Positions 30,483-39,980 of a stretch of DNA of 64,000 nt are shown here, in pieces; positions within the stretch are counted from its first letter, which is position 1, and each line of letters starts with the position of its first letter. The stretch spans positions 608,001-672,000 of the forward strand of contig CBDCKW010000005.1 of the NCBI GenBank assembly GCA_965218435.1, given 5' to 3'. Under the pieces are notes generated by a model. That model searched no databases and had not been told where the DNA came from. It was given only the letters and a program-made list of their open reading frames with translations. The DNA comes from Truepera sp. Lineage in GTDB: Bacteria; Deinococcota; Deinococci; Deinococcales; Trueperaceae. The position numbers and the translations under genes are program-made.

Positions 30483-31062
30483 TATACGGATTCCGATAAA
30501 ACCTCTAGTAAACACTTGGCCACCAGCGAAACAAGGCGTGGGCCTTAACACGTCCAGGTTGGCTAATAAGGAGTTCACACTGAACAATCAAGCGGCGCTC
30601 TAAGTCGTTAAGGTCAGCAGGACAGCGGTTGGCAACGAGTTCGTCACTAAGCGACCAAAAATGTTCAGCCGGTTGCAGCTCAGAGGTGTATGGAGGTTGG
30701 TAGCTAACTTCGACACGCTCGGGCAGCACAAGCTTGGAACTGGTATGCCAAGCAGCATTGTCCAGCACTAGGAGAATGTGCTTTTGCGCTGAAACATCGA
30801 GGCTTGAGGCAAAGTTGTCGAGCACCACCTCAAAGGCAAGGGTACTTATCTCAAGCAGGATATACCACACCGTCCTTCCCATTTCGAGCTGGACAAAAGC
30901 ATAAAGGTAAAGCCATTCGTATCTTGGGTAGGTGACGATAAGGGGTCTTTGCCCTGTAGAAGCCCAGACTTTGCGAAAAACGGGTTTAAGGCCGATACGG
31001 TGTTCGTCTACACACCAAAGCTCAACGTGGTCATGCAGTTTAGCTAGCTTAACGGCCTCAGG
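30483..31062 (-). mobile_element. IS630-family remnant (3' half of transposase and right end only)
   Basis: Open frame from 31062: PEAVKLAKLHDHVELWCVDEHRIGLKP...VLDNAAWH...PPYTSELQPAEHFW (DDE), stop at 30505. The N-terminal HTH half is absent. Right end near the TA at 30483 is approximate. Confidence 0.8.
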
Positions 31063-31226
31063 ATGGGGCGACCGGCGAGGTCGTCGAAAGGCTTACAGAG
31101 CCGACCGAAATAGACGGGCACCACGTCGCCGCCTCAGGGGACGACCCCCGGTACCTGGTCGAGAGCGACAAGAGCGGCAAGCGGGCGGTGCATAAGCCCG
31201 ACGCGCTTACGAAGGCAGGTGGGTAA
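31056..31226 (+). pseudogene. 5'-truncated DUF2945 (Hva1 Tudor-like) small gene
   Basis: Manual translation PQDGATGEVVERLTEPTEIDGHHVAASGDDPRYLVESDKSGKRAVHKPDALTKAGG*. No start codon; in-frame stop at 31050. Confidence 0.7.
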
Positions 31227-31391
31227 TAGCAGCAACCGACAATGACACCATCTAGGAGTTCAAAGAGGCTGTCAACATGACGCCCAAGGGGCTGGCAACG
31301 CTGACATCCACCGAGTACTATGTACACAACCTAGCGTTACGACCAGCCACCGTAGAGTCTGACATTTTAAGCACGTCGGAGAGGATTTACG

Positions 31392-32228
31392 ATGAGTACG
31401 ACTCTGGCCCAAACCCAAACGTTCGACACCGCGACCCTTATGGGAGGTCTCTATGGGGACGGCATCATCGGCTACAAGGGGGCTTTTAGCCGCAGCTGGG
31501 TAGAAGCCTTGGGAGAAGATATAGCGGAGTTGTACCAAGCTGCGCTCGAGCGTCCCGGCGGCGCGGTGGGACGCGGCCCCAAACGCCACTATGTAGAGAT
31601 CCATCCCGAGGACATCCGCGGTTTTCTCGAGCTGGTGACACACCCTTGGGTCACTGCGGTGTGCGAGGCAGTACTGGGTCCAGCGTACAAGATTGTCGAG
31701 ATCGGCTTCGACGTACCCAATCCCGGTGCCGTTGACCAACCGTGGCACCGCGACTTTCCGGCACCAGAAGACACGCTCAAGGGCCGACGGCTCAACTCAC
31801 TAGCGTTCAACGTGACTACCGTAGACGTTTTCGAGGACATGGGACCCTTTGTCGTTGCGCCCGGCACGCAGTGGGACCTACCCGAAGGCTTCGAGCATGA
31901 GATGTTCCCGCCGAAGTCGCTTTACGAGCGGTACGAAAGACGGGCGCAGCGGAAGATGCCGCAGATGGGCGACATCTCGGTGCGTTCGGCGCTGACGATT
32001 CACCGCGGTACGGCCAACCGCTCGAACAAGTCCCGCCCGGTGCTCGTTCTCGGGGTTGACGCGCCCGGTGCGAACAACGCTGAGCGTCACGACCTGCAGC
32101 TTACGAGAGCGTATTTTGACACGCTGCCCGAGAGCGTACGCCAGCACCTCACCTATCGTCTGGTTGACGAACTCGAGTCTATCCAACAGGGTCACTCGAT
32201 TGAAGGTCTGATGATGGGCGAAGCTTGA
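31392..32228 (+). CDS. Phytanoyl-CoA dioxygenase (PhyH) family protein
   Basis: QPWHRD (HxD), MGPF..APGT, IHRGTAN..RP. RBS GGAGAGG. Confidence 0.85.
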   Translation: MSTTLAQTQTFDTATLMGGLYGDGIIGYKGAFSRSWVEALGEDIAELYQAALERPGGAVGRGPKRHYVEIHPEDIRGFLELVTHPWVTAVCEAVLGPAYKIVEIGFDVPNPGAVDQPWHRDFPAPEDTLKGRRLNSLAFNVTTVDVFEDMGPFVVAPGTQWDLPEGFEHEMFPPKSLYERYERRAQRKMPQMGDISVRSALTIHRGTANRSNKSRPVLVLGVDAPGANNAERHDLQLTRAYFDTLPESVRQHLTYRLVDELESIQQGHSIEGLMMGEA

Positions 32229-32371
32229 CCTTACGTAAGCCTTACAAGTAGTTCACACGGAAAAGGCGTGAAAACGTCGCTGGGAACTTGAGTTCGATCA
32301 TGGCTATGGCCGCAGCTTTGTCTTCATAGCTAGAGGTCAACTTCTGCCTATCCCACACAGGCGGTATGGTC

Positions 32372-32760
32372 GGCTTCGACAAAGGCGCATTTCAAGTCGA
32401 GTGCCTCGCAAAATAAATGGCGGCCTTTTTTACAATCGCTAACTCCATCTCGAGCCGCTTCACCTCACCTTGCAAACGCCTTAGCTCGGCGTCCTCGGCA
32501 GTTGGTTGTGCCCGCTTATGTCCTGGTAGCAAACGTCCTTCACGGTACTGCTTACGCCACTTGGTGAGGTTCGCTTGCGGAATCCCCAGGCTATTAGCAG
32601 CTTCTGAAACGGTGTAGCCCTTCTCCTCGAGCAGTTTCACCGCATCGACCTTAAACGCCATCGGGTACTGCCTGACTACTCTTTTACCCTCTGACATAAG
32701 CTTCTCCTTGGCAGGATTCTAGACCCTGCTAGTTTTGTCCAAGGAGATGGACCAAGCCCA
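32372..32760 (-). mobile_element. Truncated IS3-family copy (IRL + orfA + a few codons of orfB)
   Basis: Matches 49901-50289 over 389 bp as read. IRL TGGGCTTGGTCC... at 32760. Confidence 0.9.
32392..32697 (-). CDS. IS3-family transposase OrfA
   Basis: FKVDAVKL, HTH, VKKAAIYFA. Identical protein to 49921-50226. Confidence 0.9.
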   Translation of the reverse strand: MSEGKRVVRQYPMAFKVDAVKLLEEKGYTVSEAANSLGIPQANLTKWRKQYREGRLLPGHKRAQPTAEDAELRRLQGEVKRLEMELAIVKKAAIYFARHST

Positions 32761-33981
32761 CTACCGTGCTGACCACTTATCTCGAACATCTTGAGAAACG
32801 ATACGCTGAACAATGGTTCCGCTCGCTTTCTCTTTAAGAATGACTTTTGCCGTGCCATCTGGCATGTGTTCTTGTTTGATGAGCCAGTGAGCGTCGTCGT
32901 ACTCTTTGAGCCCGTCGCCGCGGCTTTGATTACTCGAGCCGCGCCAATCCAGTTTGACCTCGGCCCACTGTTTTGTTCGAGCGGACTCGTAGGCCGCATC
33001 CATGATGGCGTTGACCACATAGCCGTCGTAAAAATCTTCCCTCGGGCGGCGCTGTTCATCCAAGGCGTCGAGCATATCAGTGAACATCTCATCGTAGCCA
33101 AGCGCCGCGCCCTCGTCGCCGATCGGAAAAAGCCAACCCTTGTTGGTCTCGGCCTTTTCGGCGACGTAGTCGCCGCCAACGCCGGTGGTGAACATCTCGA
33201 AGCCTGTGCGTAGCCAGTGGTTGTTCCAGAGGGTGCCTTCGGTGCCCGAGACCTCGTCGCGGAGGTCCATGCCTCCCCTAAATGTCCAGCTAACCTCGAA
33301 CTGGCCGACCGCGCCGTTAGCGTAGCGCACCAAGCCCACTGCGCTATCTTCGGCATCGATGGGGTGTACTTGAGTGTCAGCCCAACACATGACTTCTACC
33401 GGTTTGACATCTTTGCCGATGTAGTTGCGACTGATCTCAATGCAGTGACACCCCAAATCGATGATAGCCCCGCCACCGGAAATCTGTTTGTCCCAAAACC
33501 AATCGCTGTGGGGGCCAGGATGCGTCTCGCGCGAGCGTGCCCAGAGCACTCTACCGAGTGCGCCGCCACGAACGGCTTGCAGCGCTTTGAGCGTTTTGGG
33601 GGGGTAGCAGAGGTCCTCGAGGTAGCCGTGAAGCACGCCAGCCTTTTCAACGATATCGAGCATGGCTTTGGCTTCGGCGGCGGTGCGCCCAAGGGGTTTG
33701 GTGCACAACACGGCCTTGCCCGCGGTGGCAGCCAGTTCGACAGCTTCTAAGTGCAGGTTGTTGGGCAGCCCGATCACCACCACATCGGTGTCGGGATGGT
33801 TGATAGCTTCAGCCATGTCGGTTGTAACCTGCGGGATGTTCCAATCCTTTGCAAAGGCGTTCGCCCGCTCGGCAGTCCGTGAGTACACGACTTCGACGCG
33901 GTCGCGGCTGCGGCCTTTGTGTAAGGTCATAGTGTAGAACATACCGATAAGCCCCGTGCCCAACATCGTAATTTTATGCAT
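32761..33981 (-). CDS. Gfo/Idh/MocA-family oxidoreductase
   Basis: GTGLIG, PNNLH, CTKPL (variant of EKP), [11 protein letters not shown]. Start ATG 33981 overlaps the ROK stop. Confidence 0.88.
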   Translation of the reverse strand: MHKITMLGTGLIGMFYTMTLHKGRSRDRVEVVYSRTAERANAFAKDWNIPQVTTDMAEAINHPDTDVVVIGLPNNLHLEAVELAATAGKAVLCTKPLGRTAAEAKAMLDIVEKAGVLHGYLEDLCYPPKTLKALQAVRGGALGRVLWARSRETHPGPHSDWFWDKQISGGGAIIDLGCHCIEISRNYIGKDVKPVEVMCWADTQVHPIDAEDSAVGLVRYANGAVGQFEVSWTFRGGMDLRDEVSGTEGTLWNNHWLRTGFEMFTTGVGGDYVAEKAETNKGWLFPIGDEGAALGYDEMFTDMLDALDEQRRPREDFYDGYVVNAIMDAAYESARTKQWAEVKLDWRGSSNQSRGDGLKEYDDAHWLIKQEHMPDGTAKVILKEKASGTIVQRIVSQDVRDKWSAR

Positions 33982-34954
33982 TGACTTCTCCCTTACGTTG
34001 CGCCGCGTAGAGGGCGGCGCCCACAACGCCCGGCTGCTCAAGTTTGGCAACTTTGAGGTCGGGTAAACAGTCACCGGCGACCTTCAAGTGCTGTTGCCAG
34101 GTCTTTCTGATTACTGGAAACAGCAGGTCGCTCGCGCCGGACAGCCCGCCCCCAAAAACGGTACATTGGGGCGCCAGAAGCGTCACAATATTAGCAGTGA
34201 CGATTCCGAGGTAGAAGCCGACGTGCGCAAACGCTTCTTGACACGATGGGTCGCCTGCTCGAGCGGCATGCGCAACGTTTTCTGCGCTGACTGCGTTTAA
34301 ATCTCCACCCGTCAGTGCAAACAAGACGGGGCTACGCCCGTGCAAATAAGGGCGCGTCACGCTGGCGACGAGCGCTGGCGCAGAGGCGACCGTCTCGAGA
34401 CACCCGACGCTGCCGCAGCCGCACCGCGCACCGCGTGGCTCGACGATGTGATGCCCGATTTCACCAGCAAGCCCCCCCTTGCCGAAGTGTAGCCTGCCGC
34501 TCAACACCAGGCCACCGCCCACTCCAGTCCCCACGACTATGCCGAACACGTCTTGGTAGCTCTGGCCCTCGCCAAACGTACTCTCGGCGAGGGCAAAGGC
34601 CCGGGCATCGTTGATGAGGCTTGTGCGCACACCTGTTTCTCGTTCCAAATATTCGCTCAGCGCAAAGCCGAACCAGCCACCTGCAAAGTTGGGCATCACG
34701 AGGGTGCAGCTTTTAGACTGATCGAGGGTAGCGGGAACGCCGACCCCTATGGAAGTAACGCCCAACTCGTCTCGCTCGGCCGCCGTACGCACTCTCGCCA
34801 CTGCCTCGAGGACATCTTCAAGAACGTCCTCCCGTGGCCGGTGAGAGTGCGTGGGAAAGCTCGAGACGTGGTGCAAAGCATCGCCCACTAACAGGCCGAT
34901 CTTGGTATTGGTGCCGCCCAAGTCGATACCGATGCTGGCTGTAGCTCTTTGCAA
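33974..34954 (-). CDS. ROK-family sugar kinase (module copy 2 kinase)
   Basis: [33 protein letters not shown]. No N-terminal HTH. Confidence 0.9.
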   Translation of the reverse strand: MQRATASIGIDLGGTNTKIGLLVGDALHHVSSFPTHSHRPREDVLEDVLEAVARVRTAAERDELGVTSIGVGVPATLDQSKSCTLVMPNFAGGWFGFALSEYLERETGVRTSLINDARAFALAESTFGEGQSYQDVFGIVVGTGVGGGLVLSGRLHFGKGGLAGEIGHHIVEPRGARCGCGSVGCLETVASAPALVASVTRPYLHGRSPVLFALTGGDLNAVSAENVAHAARAGDPSCQEAFAHVGFYLGIVTANIVTLLAPQCTVFGGGLSGASDLLFPVIRKTWQQHLKVAGDCLPDLKVAKLEQPGVVGAALYAAQRKGEVNA

Positions 34955-35001
34955 AACGTTTCCTCGGTCATTCTCTATATCTGTTCAGAAGCCCAGGTGT
35001 T

Positions 35002-35031
35002 ACTATAATGGTACGGACCACCTGATGTCCA
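35002..35031. promoter_or_regulatory. Divergent promoter with operator TGGTACGGACCA (35009-35020)
   Basis: Minus strand TGGACA-18-TATAGT toward ROK. Plus strand TATAAT at 35004 toward GntR. The same operator occurs at 47450 and 57948. Confidence 0.8.
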
Positions 35032-35828
35032 GTGCTTTGAAGGAAAGTAGGTTAAAGGATGTGACCGATTTGCCGCGACTAGACAGTGACACCGACATCC
35101 CCCTCTACCAACAGCTCAAAGATTGGATGCTTGAGCGTATCCACGCCGACAGCTTTGACCCTAGGACAGCTTTGCCTTCCGAGCGCGCCCTTGGTGCGGC
35201 GCTCAACGTGTCGCGCTCGACGGTGCGACAAGCCATCGGCGACTTGGAACGCGAGGGTTGGGTAGTGCGGCAGCGTGGGCGCGGTACCTTTGTCAACGAA
35301 GCCAAAGTCGAGCAGCCAGCCGGCCAGGTCAGCAGCTTTTCTGAAAATATGCACCGTGCTGGCCTGACACCCTCTTCGGTGGTCGTTTCATTGTGCCTCT
35401 CCGATCCCGAGGAGCACTTGGCGCGTGTTATGCAGCTTGCACCAGGTCAGCCTGTGGCGGTGATAGAACGTATCCGCTACGCAGGTGGCGAACCGTTAAT
35501 GCTCGAGAGAAGTCACTTGAACTACCACTTCGTGCCAGGGATTTTGAACCGTGACTTGTCGAAATCCCTGTACGTTCTGCTCAAAGAGCACTACGGGCTG
35601 TGCCTCAGTGAGGGCGAGGAAAGTTTGGAAGTGACCGAGGCCGACCTGGCGTTGAGCCGCCAACTCGGTATCGCCCAGGGCACCGCAGTTCTTTATACCG
35701 AGCGTCTCGTCAGGGACGACACAGGCAATCCACTGGAGTTTGCGCAGCGTTACGCGCGTGCAGACAAGTGTAGGTTCCGTGTGGCGCTGACTGGTGAAAA
35801 CGCCGACTTTGCGCTCAAAGCTTCGTGA
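35025..35828 (+). CDS. GntR/HutC-family regulator with UTRA domain
   Basis: PLYQQLK, LPSER..VSRSTVRQA, RGRGTFV, SFSE, SLY, YARAD. Start 35025 or GTG 35061. Confidence 0.9.
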   Translation: MSSALKESRLKDVTDLPRLDSDTDIPLYQQLKDWMLERIHADSFDPRTALPSERALGAALNVSRSTVRQAIGDLEREGWVVRQRGRGTFVNEAKVEQPAGQVSSFSENMHRAGLTPSSVVVSLCLSDPEEHLARVMQLAPGQPVAVIERIRYAGGEPLMLERSHLNYHFVPGILNRDLSKSLYVLLKEHYGLCLSEGEESLEVTEADLALSRQLGIAQGTAVLYTERLVRDDTGNPLEFAQRYARADKCRFRVALTGENADFALKAS

Positions 35829-35881
35829 GCTTGGCGGAGAGTGCGGCAGCCGAAACGCAGACGACTTGAAGAGGGGAAAGA

Positions 35882-36664
35882 ATGAATCAACAAGACTTAG
35901 CTACCGAGTACTTAGAGAAAGCGGCGCACATCGTTCAAAATATTCGCAAAACCCAACTCGGCGCTATTCGTGACGCCGCTAAGCTCTGTACGGACAGCAT
36001 TGCCCGGGGGGGGCTCGTCCACCTTTTCGGCAATGGGCATTCACGCATCGCGGTTGAAGAGATGTGGCCCCGCTACGGCAGTTTCCCGGGCTTCCATCCT
36101 ATCGTCGAACTGTCCATGACCAATCATACGCAAGTCGTCGGTGCGAACGGGCAGCGGCAAGCCATGTGGATCGAGCGGCAAGAAGGTCTGGGCCACGTTA
36201 TTTTACGCAACTTCGTGTTTCGCGCCTACGACACCATGATGATCTTTTCGACCTCGGGCAACAACGGTGTGGTGGTCGACGTGGCCTTAGGCGCCAAAGA
36301 GCGCGGTCTGAAGGTGGTTTCAGTGGTGGGGCTCGAGTACGCTCGGGCCTTGGCGAGCGAGCACAGCAGCGGCGCACGCCTAATCGACGTCTCCGACATC
36401 GTGATCGACAACTGCGCCGTGCCCGGAGACGCGATGGTCGACATACCCGGGGTCGATGTACCCGTCGGCCCGGGGTCGACTATCGGCAACGCAGCGGTCG
36501 TCAACGCCATGAAGTGCCTTATCGCGGCCGACCTCGCCGCCCGGGGCCAGCCGCCCATGGTCTTGGCTGGGGCCTGGAAAATGGGCGCGGAAGCGAGCGC
36601 GAAACGCTTTGACGACGCTTACGATGAGCACCGCGAACGTGTCAAGGTCGTCTATGGCGGCTGA
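35882..36664 (+). CDS. SIS-domain protein (UPF0309-like, module copy 2)
   Basis: GGLVHLFGNGHSR, PRYGSFPGFHPI, STSGNN, IDNC..GDA, GPGST. Confidence 0.85.
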   Translation: MNQQDLATEYLEKAAHIVQNIRKTQLGAIRDAAKLCTDSIARGGLVHLFGNGHSRIAVEEMWPRYGSFPGFHPIVELSMTNHTQVVGANGQRQAMWIERQEGLGHVILRNFVFRAYDTMMIFSTSGNNGVVVDVALGAKERGLKVVSVVGLEYARALASEHSSGARLIDVSDIVIDNCAVPGDAMVDIPGVDVPVGPGSTIGNAAVVNAMKCLIAADLAARGQPPMVLAGAWKMGAEASAKRFDDAYDEHRERVKVVYGG

Positions 36665-37424
36665 CGGCCTGCTGGCGGGTAAGGCCGCCCTCATCACCGG
36701 TGCTTCGGGCATCGCCGCTGCCGCCGCCAAGCTGTTCGCTAGCGAGGGCTGCCGGCTTGCTGTCGTCGATATCTCGCGGGCTAACTTGCAAGCGCTGGAA
36801 CTGGAAGTGCCTGGCATTACCCCTTTGAACGCCGACCTTACCGAGCCAGGCGCCGCTTACGAGGTGACCCGGCAGGCATGGGCGCAGCTCGGCAGCGTCG
36901 ACGTTTTGTTCAACGTGGTGGGTATCTCGGCGCGGCGTCACGGCGACGGCCCTGTTCATGAGGCCACCGATGAAGCGTGGGACAAAGTGCTCGACACGAA
37001 CGCCAAGACCACCTTTAGCATGTGCCGTGAAACGGTCAAGATCATGCTCGAGCAAGGCGGCGGCAGCATCGTCAACACGACCTCGGTGCTGGCGTACGCG
37101 CCCAACGCCGAACACTTCGCCACGCACGCCTACGCGGCATCTAAAGGCGCAATCATCGCGCTCACCAAGTCCATGGCCTCATCGTACGCGGCGCAAAGCA
37201 TTCGTGTGAACGCCGTCGCGCCGGGGCTTATCGACACACCGATGAGTGCGAGAGCTCAGAACAACGAGAAGATCCTCGGATACATGAAAGTCAGGCAGCC
37301 CCTTACGGGCCGCTTAGGAACGGCAGGCGACGTCGCCAAAGCCGCGCTCTACCTCGCGTCCAACCTGGCGAATTTTGTCACCGGTGAAGTGATAGAGGTC
37401 GCCGGAGGTTGGAGCATAGCGTGA
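36654..37424 (+). CDS. SDR oxidoreductase (module copy 2)
   Basis: TGASGIA, GDGPVHE, THAYAASK, APGLIDT. Confidence 0.88.
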   Translation: MAADGLLAGKAALITGASGIAAAAAKLFASEGCRLAVVDISRANLQALELEVPGITPLNADLTEPGAAYEVTRQAWAQLGSVDVLFNVVGISARRHGDGPVHEATDEAWDKVLDTNAKTTFSMCRETVKIMLEQGGGSIVNTTSVLAYAPNAEHFATHAYAASKGAIIALTKSMASSYAAQSIRVNAVAPGLIDTPMSARAQNNEKILGYMKVRQPLTGRLGTAGDVAKAALYLASNLANFVTGEVIEVAGGWSIA

Positions 37425-37660
37425 ACGTCCTCAAGCTGCTCGTTGCTGCACGCGTGGTGCCTGTGCTGCGCGGCCCGCTTCCGCTGGTGGCGTTTATGCC
37501 GACAGGCGACGTCAACGTGAGCGCCCTAGCAAGCTGGGCGGCGGCTGGGGCGGTCGCCTTGGGTTTGGGCTCGAGCTTGGTAGCGGGTTACTTGGGCGAC
37601 GTGCGGCTACACGCCTGGATACTGCGCGAACGTCTCGCCGAACTGCCGAGGCAACTATGA
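37421..37660 (+). pseudogene. Internally deleted KDPG/KHG aldolase (Eda-like), 79 aa
   Basis: The N-terminal VVPVLR is joined directly to the C-terminal GPLP..FMPTG.V....W..AGAVALGLGSSL. The central region with the catalytic Glu/Lys is missing. Coupled to both neighbours (GTGA, ATGA). Confidence 0.8.
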
Positions 37661-38961
37661 GCAGAGAGCTGAAGTCGGTCAACTACAGCGCTGTGATCCC
37701 AGTCCTAGCTGCTTGCAACGTCCTCGTGGTCGGCGGCGGTTCGGCGGGCTCGGCCGCCGCCGTAGCCGCAGCGCGGACCGGGGCGCAAACGCTGCTCGTC
37801 GAGCGCTACGGTTTTCTCGGTGGCACCGGCGCAGCGGTGCTGGACACCTTTTACGGGTTCTACACACCGGGCAAAACAGAAAAAAAGGTGGTGGGTGGGA
37901 TTCCTGATGACGTGGTGGCGGGTCTGCAACGCCGGAACGTGCTCCTCAAACGGCCAAACACCTATGGGGCAGGTGCCGGTCTGACCTACGACCCCGAGAC
38001 CCTCAAAGTCGTCTGGGATGAGCTAACGCTGGCAGCAGGCGTCAAGGTTTTGTTTCATAGCTATTTTGTCGATGCTCTCAAAGTAGGGGACAAAGTACGA
38101 GGCGCGATTGTAGGTACAAAGCAAGGTCTCCAGGCCATCTACGCTGACACCGTCGTGGACGCTTCGGGCGACGCCGACGTTGCCGCGCGGGCGGGTGCGC
38201 CATTTGAAGATGCGGGTGCGCTCGGCGTCGCCCAGTCGCTGACCACCACCTTCAAAGTCATCAACGTCGACGTTGCCAAAGCCACGGCGTTTCCAAAAAA
38301 AGAGCTGTGGGCGCTCATGGCGCAGGCTGCTCAGGAAGGGTACCGGTTACCGCGCAGAGAGGGAAGTTCGCACATCACTCCTTTGGAAGGAGTGATGGTG
38401 ACCAACATGACGCGGGTGGCCGGGGTTAACGCAACCGATCCCGAGGCGTTGTCGCGCGCTGAGGCGGAGGGCCGCCGTCAAGCGCTCGAGTATATGCGCT
38501 TTTTGCGCGACCGGGTGCCTGGGTACGAGCGGGCTGAACTCGGCGGTTTGGCCGTCAACATCGGCGTAAGAGAAACGCGGCGGATTCGCGGCGACTACTG
38601 GCTCACTAAAGACGACGTGTTGGCAGCCCGCAAATTTCCCGACGCCATCGCCAAGTGCGGCGCCCCCATCGAGGACCATCATGCGGGTGGCGACACCAAG
38701 TGGGAGTATCTGCCCGACGGCGAAACCTACGATATCCCATTCCGAAGCCTGTTGCCCCAACGGGTCGACGGGCTCGTCATCGCAGGCCGGTGCCTGTCCG
38801 CCTCCCACGACGCCCACGCCTCGGTACGCTCTATCGGGCAATGTCTGGCGATGGGGCAAGCAGCAGGCTTGGCAGCCAGCCTTGCCACGAAGGGCGAGGT
38901 TCGCAATGTGAACGTCGGCACTTTGCGGGAGCGTCTGCTGGACGCAGGAGCGGTGCTGTGA
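37657..38961 (+). CDS. FAD-dependent oxidoreductase (PF12831-like, module copy 2)
   Basis: Paralog of 12611-13948: VLDTFYGFYTPG, RPNTYGAG, CGAPIEDHH, HDAHAS shared. Confidence 0.88.
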   Translation: MSRELKSVNYSAVIPVLAACNVLVVGGGSAGSAAAVAAARTGAQTLLVERYGFLGGTGAAVLDTFYGFYTPGKTEKKVVGGIPDDVVAGLQRRNVLLKRPNTYGAGAGLTYDPETLKVVWDELTLAAGVKVLFHSYFVDALKVGDKVRGAIVGTKQGLQAIYADTVVDASGDADVAARAGAPFEDAGALGVAQSLTTTFKVINVDVAKATAFPKKELWALMAQAAQEGYRLPRREGSSHITPLEGVMVTNMTRVAGVNATDPEALSRAEAEGRRQALEYMRFLRDRVPGYERAELGGLAVNIGVRETRRIRGDYWLTKDDVLAARKFPDAIAKCGAPIEDHHAGGDTKWEYLPDGETYDIPFRSLLPQRVDGLVIAGRCLSASHDAHASVRSIGQCLAMGQAAGLAASLATKGEVRNVNVGTLRERLLDAGAVL

Positions 38962-39893
38962 TTCGCACTGTTCTCGGCGACATCCACCCTGAAGCGTTAG
39001 GAGTGACTTTAAGCCACGAACATCTGTTCGGTCAGCCCCCTAGCGAGTATGCTGAGGCTGACCTGTGCCTCACGGACGAGTCTTTGGCGGCGGCCGAGCT
39101 GGGGCTGTTCAGAGCGGTAGGCGGCGGCGGCGTGGTCGAAATGAGTACCGTTGACTACGGTAGGAACGTCGGTGTGCTGCGGCGATTGTCAAAAGCGAGC
39201 GGGGTTCATATCACGGCTGCAACAGGCTTCAATAAAGCCAAGTTTGCTGACCGCTACACCGCCACTTTGAGCGAGGCCGACCTTACAGCTTGGATAGTGA
39301 CGGAGGTAGAGCAGGGTATTAGCGAGCCGCCTTGGTTTGTTGCCGGGCAGGCCAAACCCGTACCTGCTCGAGCTGGGGTTATCAAAGCGTCAACGAGCTT
39401 AAACGGCCCCACCGAAGCCGAGGAAAAAGTGATGCGGGCGGTGGCCCAGGCGCACGTGCTTACGGGCGCACCGGTCGCCACCCACACCGAAAAAGGCACG
39501 TGGGCGCTCGAGCAGGCCACTTTCTTGATCGGCCAAGGCGTGCAACCCTCCAAGCTCCTTATTGGCCACCTGGATTTCCGACCCGACCCCGCTTACCTGT
39601 CGGAAATCGCCTCGCTCGGCGTTTATCTTGGACTCGACCAGTTTTCCAAAAGCAAGTACTTGTCAGACGACGCGCGGATCGACCTCGTCCTCGAGCTGAG
39701 CGCTCGCGGTTTTGAGCGGCAACTCCTACTCTCGGGCGATTTGGCGCGAAAGACTTATTGGTGCGCCCGCGGCGGCTCCGGCTTTGCCTACCTCGTGAGC
39801 ACGATTTGGAGCCGCTTGAGCGAGGCGGGTATGACGCAGCAGCACCTCGAAAGGCTTTTTTTCAACAATCCTAGCCAGTGGTTGACGTTTTAA
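38958..39893 (+). CDS. Phosphotriesterase-family amidohydrolase (module copy 2)
   Basis: HEH, GVIK, THTE, GHLD, SGD. Start GTG 38958 overlaps the upstream stop. Confidence 0.88.
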   Translation: MIRTVLGDIHPEALGVTLSHEHLFGQPPSEYAEADLCLTDESLAAAELGLFRAVGGGGVVEMSTVDYGRNVGVLRRLSKASGVHITAATGFNKAKFADRYTATLSEADLTAWIVTEVEQGISEPPWFVAGQAKPVPARAGVIKASTSLNGPTEAEEKVMRAVAQAHVLTGAPVATHTEKGTWALEQATFLIGQGVQPSKLLIGHLDFRPDPAYLSEIASLGVYLGLDQFSKSKYLSDDARIDLVLELSARGFERQLLLSGDLARKTYWCARGGSGFAYLVSTIWSRLSEAGMTQQHLERLFFNNPSQWLTF

Positions 39894-39907
39894 AAGTTGA
39901 CAGGTGG

Positions 39908-39936
39908 CGCAATCGATTGCGTCACCTTGGTATAAT
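39908..39936 (+). promoter_or_regulatory. LacI-type operator CGCAATCGATTGCG (39908-39921) plus extended -10 TGGTATAAT
   Basis: Perfect 14-bp palindrome with central CG, repeated at 52152 and 55758. Confidence 0.8.
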
Positions 39937-39980
39937 TGTTCTATGACCCAAAGGCTTTGAAAGGATACGCGTGAGACGAG

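Noticed and set aside
39897..39902. TTGACA as the -35 of the ABC operon promoter
   Set aside because: It is 28 nt from TATAAT. An extended -10 explains the promoter better.
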